NCBI GenBank assembly: GCA_963846575.1
Contig: CAWJWJ010000002.1
Location: 1,216,001 to 1,280,000, forward strand
DNA length: 64,000 nt
Source of the DNA: an uncultured Nitrospiraceae bacterium
GTDB lineage: Bacteria > Nitrospirota > Nitrospiria > Nitrospirales > Nitrospiraceae
Direction: 5' to 3'
In this document: positions 37,580 through 46,792 of the stretch, piece after piece
Numbering within the stretch: position 1 is the first letter of the stretch
Layout: each line of letters begins with the position of its first letter
Translations under genes and position numbers: made by a program
Notes under the pieces: model-generated
The model's input: the letters and a program-made list of their open reading frames with translations, nothing else
What the model was told of the DNA's origin: nothing
The model's database searches: none

Positions 37580-39268
37580 TTAAAAGATGCTCCTACTCAA
37601 TTCTCCGGATGGTGAGCTTTCGTTTCCGCTCCTGTCGTAGGCAGTCACCACGAAGAAGTAGGTCGATCCCAACGGCAACGTCAGTCGCGTCGTTGTAACA
37701 TTTCCCACATCGAACATTTGAGCGCGCGAGCCCGAGGACGTCCCTACGTACACCCGATACCCTTGAAGATCGCCTTCACTGTTCGCACTCCATGTGACGG
37801 TGACCGTTCCGGTTCCCGTCCCGGAAGGTGGCGGCGGCGGCGTGGCACTGCCGATCGGCGGCGGTGATGACGGCGGCGTGGTGCCGGTTGCAGAGACCGT
37901 GGCTGTCACCGGGATGCGCAACATGTTTGACCCGTTGGGGCCGCTTTCGCTGATATAGACTACGGCGGAATAGGTGCCGACATTCAACGCCGCGGTGTTG
38001 ACCGTGACGGTGATGGGATCGACTTCGGAGGTAATCGTCTGGGTGCTGCCATAGGGCGGGTTGAGCGTGATCCAGGACTGGTTCGTGCTGATGCTATAGG
38101 CGCTCTGACTCGAGCCGGATTTTTGCAGATTAAAAATACCTGTCGCGGGTGAGCCTTTGGGGGCCGAGAGCGAGAGGGCGGCAGGGAAGGCCTGGATCAT
38201 GGGCGTCAAGGATCCGCTCGGGGGTGGGGGCGGCGGCGTCGTGGATGGCGGCGGCGGCGTGCTCGACGGCGGCGGGGGCGTCGTGGATGGCGGTGGCGGC
38301 GTGCTTGACGGCGGCGGCGGGGTCGCTGCTGGCGGCGGCGTGGTGCCGGACGCGGCGACCGTGATCGCGACGGGGATGCGCAACATGTTCGACCCGTTAG
38401 GGCCGCTTTCGCTGATATAGACTACGGCGGAATAGGTGCCGACATTCAACGCCGCGGTGTTGACCGTGACGGTGATGGGATCGACTTCGGAGGTAATCGT
38501 CTGGGTGCTGCCATAGGGCGGGTTGAGCGTGATCCAGGACTGGTTCGTGCTGATGCTATAGGCGCTCTGACTGGAGCCTGATTTTTGCAGATTAAAAATA
38601 CCTGTCGCGGGTGAGCCTTTGGGGGCCGAGAGCGAGAGGGCGGCAGGGAAGGCCTGGATCAAGGGTTTCAAGGAGCCGCTGGGCGGTGGGGGCGGCGGCG
38701 TCGTGGATGGCGGCGGCGTGCTCGAGGGCGGCGGCGGGGGCGTCGTGGATGGCGGTGGCGGCGTGCTTGACGGCGGCGGCGGGGTCGCTGCTGGCGGTGG
38801 CGTGCTCCCGGCTGCGGTCACGGTAGTGGTCACCGGAATGCGCCACGTGGTCGAGACACCAGGACCGGATTGTCCGATATAGATGACCCCCGAATAGGTA
38901 CCAGCCGAAAGTCCCATCGAAGCGGTATTCACCGTCACCGTAATGACGTCGGTTTCGGTGGAAATTGTTTGAGTGCTGCCATAGGGGGGATTGAGCCAAA
39001 TCCAGGATTGGTTTGCGCTGATGAAATAGGTCTGTTGTGAGGCGTCTGTCTTTTTGAGGGTGAGGGTTCCGGTGCCGGTGCTTCCCTGTGGGACCGTGAT
39101 CGATACGGCGCCCGGCGTAAACTGAATATTCTGTCCGAAGGCCAGTGACCCTCCTGCCGCACATTCCATCAGTCCGAACATGAGCATCAAGGCGAGTATA
39201 TGTCCGGTCGCACGAGAGCGGACGCCTTGAATTGGATGTGCGTTGAGTGATGCGGGTAGGCCGATCAT
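37580..39268 (-). CDS. Secreted/surface protein: three BACON/Ig-like repeats joined by Pro/Thr/Ser linkers, C-terminal fibronectin type III domain
   Basis: Signal-like N terminus. Repeated S(T/A)NQSWI(T/W)LNPPYGSTQTI...ITVTVNTA...GTYS. TPPPPSS linkers. C-terminal VTWSANSEGDLQGYRVYVG...YFFVVTAYDRSGNES. RBS AAGGGGG. Confidence 0.82.
   Translation of the reverse strand: MIGLPASLNAHPIQGVRSRATGHILALMLMFGLMECAAGGSLAFGQNIQFTPGAVSITVPQGSTGTGTLTLKKTDASQQTYFISANQSWIWLNPPYGSTQTISTETDVITVTVNTASMGLSAGTYSGVIYIGQSGPGVSTTWRIPVTTTVTAAGSTPPPAATPPPPSSTPPPPSTTPPPPPSSTPPPSTTPPPPPPSGSLKPLIQAFPAALSLSAPKGSPATGIFNLQKSGSSQSAYSISTNQSWITLNPPYGSTQTITSEVDPITVTVNTAALNVGTYSAVVYISESGPNGSNMLRIPVAITVAASGTTPPPAATPPPPSSTPPPPSTTPPPPSSTPPPPSTTPPPPPPSGSLTPMIQAFPAALSLSAPKGSPATGIFNLQKSGSSQSAYSISTNQSWITLNPPYGSTQTITSEVDPITVTVNTAALNVGTYSAVVYISESGPNGSNMLRIPVTATVSATGTTPPSSPPPIGSATPPPPPSGTGTGTVTVTWSANSEGDLQGYRVYVGTSSGSRAQMFDVGNVTTTRLTLPLGSTYFFVVTAYDRSGNESSPSGELSRSIF
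37911..38834. repeat. 462-bp tandem duplication (two near-identical units, third diverged unit from 38835)
   Basis: gggatgcgcaacatg at 37911 and 38373, and ggaatgcgccacg at 38835, give an exact 462-bp (154-codon) period. Confidence 0.92.
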
Positions 39269-39323
39269 GGCAGGTATCCCCCTTAGGTATGTTCAAATGG
39301 AAAATGCAATCGCCTGTTGGTTG

Positions 39324-39338
39324 GCAACAGGCGTGCCA
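39324..39338 (-). promoter_or_regulatory. Sigma54 (RpoN) -24/-12 promoter for the repeat surface protein
   Basis: Minus strand TGGCAC-GCCTG-TTGC is a perfect TGGCAC-N5-TTGC match, 55 nt upstream of the start codon in an AT-richer intergenic region. Confidence 0.75.
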
Positions 39339-39773
39339 CCGCAAGTACAGCAGGTGTTGCGCTTATTTGTTTGTCGGGAATCACTCAGCAGAATTCGGTG
39401 AGATTCCGGACAGGACGAAGATCAGGGCTGACCCTAACCAAAGAACTTCGATTAGGCAAGTAAAAAATTCGTAACGGTCAGGTACGCTGTTCACCGAGGT
39501 CAGGTAGAACGGCTCTATCCGGAGACGACCAACGGTTTGAATGAGTCACCGGATGGCACAAACCCGCCGGAGTTTCCTCGTCGATTCACATCACAGCGTT
39601 GGAATGAGGCTCGGAGCCGGGGATCGCCGGTTGTCGCATCATATTGCGGCTCAGAAACTTGTTGACCGGTGCCCATAGGTAGGGTATCTGTGTGCCGCCC
39701 TTTAGATGAGGTACGTAGTCGATCAAATGTGGCACGGCAAAAAGTGACCGGAATATAGAGGAGTCTTGAGACT

Positions 39774-40808
39774 ATGATCGCGCTCCGATCTCTGGCCTGG
39801 GTGTTCGTGCTGTGCCTTGCCGTAGAGGGTGTATCGTTCGCCACAGAGGAAGCCGCGCCTCCTCCTCGCCCATCCTCGAGCCCCCGGGTGGATGTCAGCC
39901 TGTCCGAATGGTTTAGCCAGGGTGAAACGGTCTGGAGCCATAACGCCTCCGGTCTGGACCCGAACCTGGGCAACCCCAGTTCAAAACTGAAGTACAAGGA
40001 TACCGGCACCAACGTGACCGAACTCACCGCGCGGGTGCACCTCAAGAACAAGGTCTTCGTCCGGGGCGCGTTCGGATACGGCGTCGTCGGCGGTGGGCGC
40101 CTCACGGACGATGATTTTCTGAGTGCTCAGGGCGCGGCAAGCCAGGGCGCGAGCGTCAGCGGCGCACATCGATTTTCACGCACCTACAGCGACATTAGCG
40201 GCGACAACCTTTGGTATCTCAACGGTGATCTGGGCGTGACGGCATATACGTTTCCAAACAACAAGGGCAGTCTCGGGTTGTTCGTGGGATTGCAGTATTG
40301 GCGGGAGCGGCACACTGCAACCGGGGTGACGCAAGCCGAATGTACCACAGCGTCCTCTCCGAGCTCGGATTTCCGCTGTTCTCCGGCGGGTACGGTCGGA
40401 TTCCGCAATCAAACGGTGATTACCAATTCCGTGACCTGGGTTTCGGCGCGCTACGGAGGCGAGCTCGAGTACAAGCTCGACTCACGCGTCAGTATCGACG
40501 CAAAAGCTGCGCTGTTGTTCTCCTATCTGAACAATGAGGATGTCCACCACCTGAGAACCGATCTGGCGCAGGATCCGAGTTTCCGGATGACGGGTCTTGG
40601 CGTCGGAACGAATACAGATGTGAACCTTCGCGTCAGAATCTGGGATCGCTTATATCTGACGGGTGGCTATCGCGTCTGGTGGAATCGCGTGCTCACGGCT
40701 GATCAGTGGAAAATCTACGGCGCGAATGGATCGTCGGCGACGGCTCCTCTGACTGAATTTCAAACCCTTCGGCATGGACCCACTGTCGGACTGATCTATA
40801 CGTTCTAG
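39774..40808 (+). CDS. Outer-membrane beta-barrel, omptin-like (OmpT/Pla-like) protein
   Basis: Signal peptide, alternating beta-strand pattern, C-terminal aromatic GLIYTF. SKLKYKD, RLTDDDF and NEDVHH resemble the OmpT SQLDW, DQDW and DEH motifs. Confidence 0.65.
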   Translation: MIALRSLAWVFVLCLAVEGVSFATEEAAPPPRPSSSPRVDVSLSEWFSQGETVWSHNASGLDPNLGNPSSKLKYKDTGTNVTELTARVHLKNKVFVRGAFGYGVVGGGRLTDDDFLSAQGAASQGASVSGAHRFSRTYSDISGDNLWYLNGDLGVTAYTFPNNKGSLGLFVGLQYWRERHTATGVTQAECTTASSPSSDFRCSPAGTVGFRNQTVITNSVTWVSARYGGELEYKLDSRVSIDAKAALLFSYLNNEDVHHLRTDLAQDPSFRMTGLGVGTNTDVNLRVRIWDRLYLTGGYRVWWNRVLTADQWKIYGANGSSATAPLTEFQTLRHGPTVGLIYTF

Positions 40809-40939
40809 GCGTCGGCAAAACCGGGTGATCGCTGAACGGTCCGACCTGCACGTTTGCCTTCGAGGTATCACGCCGGCAGCACACGCAGACCGTTCTGCTG
40901 CGCGGAGGCTTCAAGGTCGGCGGGCCTGGAGTGGAACGG

Positions 40940-42013
40940 TTATCGGGACCGGGAGGGACCGGTTTCATCTTCGTACTCGGCGAACAGCCGTTTGGCCTCC
41001 GGGTGGAGTAGATGGGGTTGCCCATAGGGGATGCCGGCGGTTCGAAACAGCGGGGTCAGCTTTTCGTTCGGGTGCAGGTATCCCGCCCGCAGGGGGACGG
41101 ACCGTTTCGTGTGACGGATAAGCGAGCAGGGGGTTGGACGGATGGCCGTCAACCAATCGGCAATATCCTGGGGGTTTCCGATGGAAGCGGAAAGCAGCAG
41201 GAGACGGGCTTGCGCTGGACAGAAGATCAAGGTTTCTTCCCAGACGACACCACGTTCCGGATCGGCTAAATATTGGGATTCATCCATGATGACCAGCCCC
41301 AGGGTATCCAGGCGAACGTCGATTTCCCCGCCCGCTGCATCATAGAGCAGATTGCGCAAAATCTCGGTGGTCATGATCAACAGGGAAGCCTGAGCGTTCT
41401 CGCGGCGATCACCCGTGAGAATTCCCACCTGCTCGGGGCCGAAGATGCGCGAGAATTCGGTGAATTTCGTGTTCGAGAGCGCCTTGAGTGGCGAAGTGTA
41501 AATCACCGTGCGATTTTCACGTATCGCCCGCGCAGTGGCCTCGATAGCGACATATGTTTTCCCGCTTCCCGTAGGCACGCTGACCACGACGTCCGTTTCG
41601 GCGAGCCGTGCCAGCGCGTCAATCTGCCAGGCATCCGGCACAAAGGGTTGCGGCGGCGGCACCCCGATGCCCGATAACCATTCGTGCAGTGAAACGGGCG
41701 GGTCATGGTGATGGCCAGGCTCTTCGGTCTTTGCCGGACGCTGCGGCTGGTGGGGCGCGAGGGGTCGGGGTTTGATTGGCGTCCGGGCCGGGGTTTCGGC
41801 GGTTGCAGCGGGCCGGCGATGAGTCTGTTCTTCGATCAAGGCGAGGAGATCAGACTCCAGGCCGGGACGGTTTTCCGGCGAGGCATGCAAGAGTAGATCG
41901 ACGAGTTTACGTTTGCCTGACCGGAAGTGCCGGCTGATGCGTCCACGCGCCAGGCGATGGAGCAGTGAGACCGGTTGTTTCAACAGAAGCTGTTCGAGTT
42001 CGTGTGTCGTCAT
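40940..42013 (-). CDS. Ski2/HelY-like helicase, N-terminal (RecA1/ATP-binding) half as a separate gene
   Basis: Q motif PDAWQ, Walker A PTGSGKT, SPLKALSN, MTTEILRNLLY, motif II variant DESQ, RGVVWEE, motif III LSAS. Ends before motif IV. Confidence 0.85.
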   Translation of the reverse strand: MTTHELEQLLLKQPVSLLHRLARGRISRHFRSGKRKLVDLLLHASPENRPGLESDLLALIEEQTHRRPAATAETPARTPIKPRPLAPHQPQRPAKTEEPGHHHDPPVSLHEWLSGIGVPPPQPFVPDAWQIDALARLAETDVVVSVPTGSGKTYVAIEATARAIRENRTVIYTSPLKALSNTKFTEFSRIFGPEQVGILTGDRRENAQASLLIMTTEILRNLLYDAAGGEIDVRLDTLGLVIMDESQYLADPERGVVWEETLIFCPAQARLLLLSASIGNPQDIADWLTAIRPTPCSLIRHTKRSVPLRAGYLHPNEKLTPLFRTAGIPYGQPHLLHPEAKRLFAEYEDETGPSRSR

Positions 42014-42116
42014 GCGGACCTTGTGCCTGTAGAGGCAGCCGTTTCCGCAGGTCCTCCTGATGGCCGACAGGCCACCAGCGTGGCTGACCGGCTGCTACGA
42101 ATCATGCGGTACGTCC

Positions 42117-43979
42117 TCACGGTAATTCCTCCAGTACCCCTCGCCGCATCGCCTCGATGGCCTTGGACGCCGACTCCGCAAGGGAGGGGTGCGTCCCTTT
42201 CAAGGTTTTGAGTTGCGACAGAAACTCGATCGTGCGCGCAAACAGCCTGAACATGTCGCCCTCGGCCATCGTCGTGAGACGGGCCAGCCCGATCCAGGTG
42301 AGGGTTTGGTCCGCCACCCATCGTTCCGTCAACGCCGCGACGTCGGCCCGAAGCATCGGTGGCTCCTCGTGGGGGAGGAGGCTCTCTGCCAGTTTACGGA
42401 CTTGAAACAGCAGCGTGACGAGCCCCGTGCTACCCCGGGGAAAGGACCCCGGACGGTCGTCATCATGGGCGATACTGGCCATGATGGCGGCAAGCAAGGG
42501 CGGGTCGATCGCACCAAACGCTTCAGCACGGATGAGTTCAGTGATCAAGAGGGAATGATCGATGCGGATGAGCCTCGCCCATTCGCCGTCGGCGGTGAGC
42601 TGGGCATTGGCGTTGAGGTAGCCGAATCGCTCCAAGACATCGATTCGTTCCTGGAAGCGATGCCACAAACTCGTTTGAAGGGCCTGGATGGACTTCGTGT
42701 GCCGGAGAATTTCCTGACGGATCCGCGACGCCTTGGGGAAATCCCGCTGGCAGGCCTGCCGTGAAGGGCAGGACGGACAGGGGAAATCACCCAGGGTATG
42801 AATAATGGAGCTGTCGAGCGGCGCGTCCTCTTCGGGTTGGGCCAGGATCGGCAGGATCGGCAGCCGCGGCGGCAGGTCCACCAGGTGCTGAGTTAATTGT
42901 TCCATTGCTTGCGGAGTCGTCCACGGGTAGGTGGACGATTCCTCGAAGTCATACGTGCGGTCGAACACCTGCGTGACGATCGAGGCGGGACACTCGCTCA
43001 GTGCGCCGCCTTCCCGCATAAGCGTCAGCATGGGCGCGTGCTGGCCCTTGCTGCGGTACTGGCGGAGGATGATGCCGCGCCCCCGTACCAGTCCGATGAC
43101 CCGTCCCGGTGTGAGAAAATTCAAGCGCGCCGCGACGTCCGGCGGTTCCTGCCTGGCTGCGGGCCCCCGGGGTTTCTTTCGTTTACGGGCCTGGTCAAAA
43201 ACCTGCCACTGCGTGATCCAATCCGAGCAGACCCGCGGGCCGAAAGGCTCCATCTCCACGCGGAGGGCGTCGAGTTTGGTTTCGAGCACGGCGGTGCGCT
43301 GGTTCAACTGGAACTGGGCAAAACTTTTCGCCAGGATCGACTGAATCTGTTCGCGCGGATGCGCCTTGAGCAGGTTCAACACCATCGGATAGCTGATCAC
43401 GAACTGGCTGTGGATCGGTTCCGGCTGTCCCGTGAGTCCCTTGGTCAGGACGGTCAGGTCGATGTAGGGCGATGGGGTGATGACGGCAAATCCCACGAGG
43501 TCCTTGCCCCGGCGGCCGGCGCGGCCGGCCAGTTGCTGAATTTCACTGGCCGTCAAATCAGTGAAATCCCGGGCCTTGCGGATGCTGGACTGAGTCACGA
43601 CCACGGTGCGCGCGGGGAAGTCGACACCGGCGGCAAGCGTGGTGGTTGCGAACACGGCGTCGAGAGAGCCGGTGCGCATCAGTTCTTCGACCGCGATCTT
43701 CCAGGAGGGCAAGTGCCCGGCATGATGTGCCGCGACACCGATACGTTGGACGGTGTCGATCAGGGGATGTTCCGCGATGCTGGGAAACTGTGAGGTGACG
43801 TGGGTCAGGACCTCGGCAATTTGCGCCTGGCGGGTCTTGGGAAGGACGACCTGACTGCGCTCGAAGGACTGCATAGCCTCGTCGCAGGCCCGTCTCGAGG
43901 TAAGGAAAATAATCGCGGGAGTGAGATTTCTTTGGCGGAGAGTCGCGACCAGATCAACCGGATGAATCGACGGCGGCAT
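42117..43979 (-). CDS. Ski2/HelY-like helicase, C-terminal half (RecA2, winged helix/arch, DSHCT-like) as a separate gene
   Basis: Starts at motif IV PAIIFLTSRRACD. HHAGHLP, FATTTLAAGVDFPARTVV, motif VI QLAGRAGRRGKD, C-terminal EGDMFRLFARTIEFLSQL...MRRGV. No Walker A/B. Confidence 0.87.
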   Translation of the reverse strand: MPPSIHPVDLVATLRQRNLTPAIIFLTSRRACDEAMQSFERSQVVLPKTRQAQIAEVLTHVTSQFPSIAEHPLIDTVQRIGVAAHHAGHLPSWKIAVEELMRTGSLDAVFATTTLAAGVDFPARTVVVTQSSIRKARDFTDLTASEIQQLAGRAGRRGKDLVGFAVITPSPYIDLTVLTKGLTGQPEPIHSQFVISYPMVLNLLKAHPREQIQSILAKSFAQFQLNQRTAVLETKLDALRVEMEPFGPRVCSDWITQWQVFDQARKRKKPRGPAARQEPPDVAARLNFLTPGRVIGLVRGRGIILRQYRSKGQHAPMLTLMREGGALSECPASIVTQVFDRTYDFEESSTYPWTTPQAMEQLTQHLVDLPPRLPILPILAQPEEDAPLDSSIIHTLGDFPCPSCPSRQACQRDFPKASRIRQEILRHTKSIQALQTSLWHRFQERIDVLERFGYLNANAQLTADGEWARLIRIDHSLLITELIRAEAFGAIDPPLLAAIMASIAHDDDRPGSFPRGSTGLVTLLFQVRKLAESLLPHEEPPMLRADVAALTERWVADQTLTWIGLARLTTMAEGDMFRLFARTIEFLSQLKTLKGTHPSLAESASKAIEAMRRGVLEELP

Positions 43980-45192
43980 TCAGTTTCATTCCCTTTGAGA
44001 TAACGACCAGCCCGGAGTCGGTGACTTTGAAGCGTTGGCGGTCCGTGACCGGGTCGTAGCCGATCTCGGTTTTGGGTGGGATGATGACGTCTTTGTCGAT
44101 GATTGCGCGTCGGATGCGGGCATGCTCGCCGATCACGACGTTTTCCATCAAGACGGACTCCCGTACGTCGGCATGGTCGTGAACGCGCACGTTGGGGGAG
44201 AGAACCGAGTTCTGCACGCGCCCGCCGGAAATGATACAGCCTCCGCAGACGATGGAATCGAGCGCGACTCCCATCCGGCCGCCCTGGAAATCCTGGGCAA
44301 AGACGAACTTGGCGGGAGGGAATTGTCCCTGATAGGTGCGAATGGGCCATTCCTGATCGTAGAGGTTGAAGAGCGGATCGACCGCCACGAGGTCCATGTT
44401 GGCTTCCCAATAGGCATCCAACGTGCCGATGTCGCGCCAGTACTTCACCGCTTTCTTGTTCTCGTCCTGGAATTTGAACGCGTACACGCGGTTTTCATTG
44501 ATCATGCGCGGAATGATGTTCTTCCCGAAATCGTGTTTGGTCCCTTCCTTGGCGTCCCGGATGAGCTGCTCGCGGACGACCTCGGTCCGGAACAGGTAGA
44601 TGCCCATGGAGACAAATGCCTGTGTCGGATCGCCGGGAATGTGCGAGGGCTTTTCCGGTTTCTCATCGAAGCTCAATATCCGCCGGTCTTCATCCACTGC
44701 GATGACGCCGAATCGGTTGGCATCGGCCAGCGGGGTTTCGATCGCACCCACGATTGCATCCGCCTGCTTCTCGATCAGCAGGTTGTACATGTCGGCATAG
44801 TTCATCTTGTAGATGTGATCTCCGGCCAATATCAGAAGGAACTCAGGGAGATCATTGTCCAGCAGGAACAGATTCTGAAACACGGCGTCAGCCGTGCCTC
44901 TGTACCAGTCTTCGCTGATGCGTTGCTGCGGAGGAATTGAGGCAATGTATTCGCCCAGCTCGAGATTCAGAATATTCCATCCGGTGCGGATATGCCGGTC
45001 GAGCGAATGGGATTTGTATTGGATCAGGACGGCGATCTGGCGCAGCCCGGAGTTCAGGCAGTTACTGAGCGTGAAGTCGATGATGCGGTATTTGCCGCCG
45101 AACGGAACGGCTGGTTTCGCGCGCTGATCGGTGAGAGGATTCAAGCGCTCGCCCTTTCCTCCCGCCAGCACCATGGTGAAGATCTTTGGCAT
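43954..45192 (-). CDS. glgC: Glucose-1-phosphate adenylyltransferase
   Basis: LAGGKGERLNPLT..RAKPAVPFGGKYRIIDF, WYRGTADAV, AGDHIYKMNY, SMGIYLF, YWRDIGT. Start is 45192 or 45201. Confidence 0.96.
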   Translation of the reverse strand: MPKIFTMVLAGGKGERLNPLTDQRAKPAVPFGGKYRIIDFTLSNCLNSGLRQIAVLIQYKSHSLDRHIRTGWNILNLELGEYIASIPPQQRISEDWYRGTADAVFQNLFLLDNDLPEFLLILAGDHIYKMNYADMYNLLIEKQADAIVGAIETPLADANRFGVIAVDEDRRILSFDEKPEKPSHIPGDPTQAFVSMGIYLFRTEVVREQLIRDAKEGTKHDFGKNIIPRMINENRVYAFKFQDENKKAVKYWRDIGTLDAYWEANMDLVAVDPLFNLYDQEWPIRTYQGQFPPAKFVFAQDFQGGRMGVALDSIVCGGCIISGGRVQNSVLSPNVRVHDHADVRESVLMENVVIGEHARIRRAIIDKDVIIPPKTEIGYDPVTDRQRFKVTDSGLVVISKGMKLNAAVDSSG

Positions 45193-45253
45193 ATTAGGCA
45201 TAGATGGGCGGGATTGTATCAGGACGATGACGGAATAGAAAGCACGCAGAATG

Positions 45254-45282
45254 TTGACTTCATCTCGAACTGGGACGATACT
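45254..45282 (+). promoter_or_regulatory. Putative sigma70 promoter
   Basis: TTGACT-17nt-GATACT upstream of the ORF at 45335, in the divergent intergenic region. Confidence 0.5.
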
Positions 45283-45334
45283 ACGAATCGGCGGGCCTCC
45301 CCGGCCTCAGGTCGGTCTCAATCAAGGAGCAGAC

Positions 45335-45613
45335 ATGAAAAAAGTCAATGCGCAGCCGGTCGGTATCAAGTCTGGAACCGAGGCGGCCAATCCGATGATG
45401 GAAATGGTCTGGCGACTCGGACGGTTGGAGCGGCAGGTGCAACGCTTGTCCGAACTGGTACGGAACCATGCCGAAGACAATGACCGGTTGGTGCGGATTG
45501 TGGCGGAGGATCGTGACGTGATTCGACGCGAACTGTTGCGGAAGCACGAACATCGGGTGCGGGTGCGCAAACATCTGCGCGATGTGAGTTCCAAAGTCGG
45601 CATGGAACACTGA
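45335..45613 (+). CDS. Small hypothetical coiled-coil protein (92 aa)
   Basis: RBS AAGGAG before ATG 45335. Heptad-like LGRLERQVQRLSELVR. Fills the gap before potA. Confidence 0.65.
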   Translation: MKKVNAQPVGIKSGTEAANPMMEMVWRLGRLERQVQRLSELVRNHAEDNDRLVRIVAEDRDVIRRELLRKHEHRVRVRKHLRDVSSKVGMEH

Positions 45614-45652
45614 CCGTTGTCTTCCGGTATGCCGCGGTGAACCCAGCCTCTG

Positions 45653-46792
45653 ATGGCGACGCTTGCCACTCCTCCTTTATCCGCATCTGACGGTTCCACC
45701 CTCCCTTCAGGTCCCACGATCGAGATCCGCGGAATCGGGCGGCGCCATGGGTCCGTCATGGCCGTCGATCACGTGAGCTTTGACGTTCGTCGCGGCGAAT
45801 TTTTTTCCATTCTCGGTCCGAGCGGCGCGGGGAAGACGTCTTTGCTGCGCATGATGGCCGGTTTCGAGGACCCCGACGAGGGCGATCTGTTGATTGAAGG
45901 TCGGTCGATGCTCGGGGTGCCGCCGAATCGACGGCCCGTGAATCTGGTCTTTCAATCCTACGCGCTGTTTCCCCATCTGACTCTATTTGAGAATGTCGCC
46001 TTCGGCTTGAGAATGCGGGGGATACGCGCGTCCCTTCTCCATGAGAAGGTGCAGCAAGCCCTGGTAATGGTCAAGCTGACCGGTAAGGAGGCGCGACTGC
46101 CGGCGCAGCTCTCGGGCGGCGAGCAACAGCGGGTGGCCCTGGCGCGCGCGTTGGTCAATAAACCGGCGGTGGTGTTACTCGATGAACCGCTGGCGGCGTT
46201 GGATCAACAATTACGGCAGGAGATGCAGGTCGAACTGAAATCCATTCAAGAACAGGCGGGACTGACGTGTGTGTGCGTCACGCACCATCAGGAAGAGGCC
46301 ATGATGATGTCGGACCGCATCGCGGTGATGCATCAGGGACGCATGTGGCAGATCGGGCCTCCCCGGGAAGTCTATGAGCGGCCCGCCAATCTGTTTGTGT
46401 CGAGATTTCTTGGCGTGTCCAATGAACTGCCCGGCAAGATCCTTGGCAGCAGGGGGGGAGAGACAGCCTTTCAGCCTGCCGCGGGTGAGCAACCTCCCTT
46501 GCTGGTGCGATGGCGTAGCGGCGCCGAGAATGGCCGGTCGGCCACCTTGTCTCTCCGACCGGAGCACCTTCGCATGACGACTGAACGGCCTTCGGTGTCC
46601 GACCAGGTCGTCCCGGGTCGGATTGAAAAGGTGCTTTTCGTCGGGAGTGACACGAAATATCTTGTTCGAGTGAGCCAGGATCGACGATGGGAAGTCCGGC
46701 TGGCCTCGACGGCCCACTCGGCATCGTTCGTTCCGGGAGCGTCGGTGTTTCTTCAATGGTCCCTGTCTGACGGGCGGCTCTTCCTGGAATGA
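45653..46792 (+). CDS. potA: Spermidine/putrescine ABC transporter ATPase
   Basis: GPSGAGKT, VNLVFQSYALFPHL, LSGGEQQRVALARAL, LLDEP, C-terminal TOBE-like region. Confidence 0.9.
   Translation: MATLATPPLSASDGSTLPSGPTIEIRGIGRRHGSVMAVDHVSFDVRRGEFFSILGPSGAGKTSLLRMMAGFEDPDEGDLLIEGRSMLGVPPNRRPVNLVFQSYALFPHLTLFENVAFGLRMRGIRASLLHEKVQQALVMVKLTGKEARLPAQLSGGEQQRVALARALVNKPAVVLLDEPLAALDQQLRQEMQVELKSIQEQAGLTCVCVTHHQEEAMMMSDRIAVMHQGRMWQIGPPREVYERPANLFVSRFLGVSNELPGKILGSRGGETAFQPAAGEQPPLLVRWRSGAENGRSATLSLRPEHLRMTTERPSVSDQVVPGRIEKVLFVGSDTKYLVRVSQDRRWEVRLASTAHSASFVPGASVFLQWSLSDGRLFLE

Noticed and set aside
37840..38810. GGC-rich short repeats as a CRISPR array or non-coding satellite
   Set aside because: They encode the in-frame Pro/Thr/Ser linkers of the minus-strand protein. 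No constant repeat with unique spacers and no cas genes.
39730..39744. Second sigma54 promoter (TGGCAC) ahead of the omptin-like gene
   Set aside because: The -12 element is absent (TGGCAC-GGCAA-AAAG).
40940..43979. Helicase halves as an ordinary frameshifted pseudogene
   Set aside because: The C-terminal half lies upstream of the N-terminal half, which a frameshift cannot produce, and both ORFs are intact.
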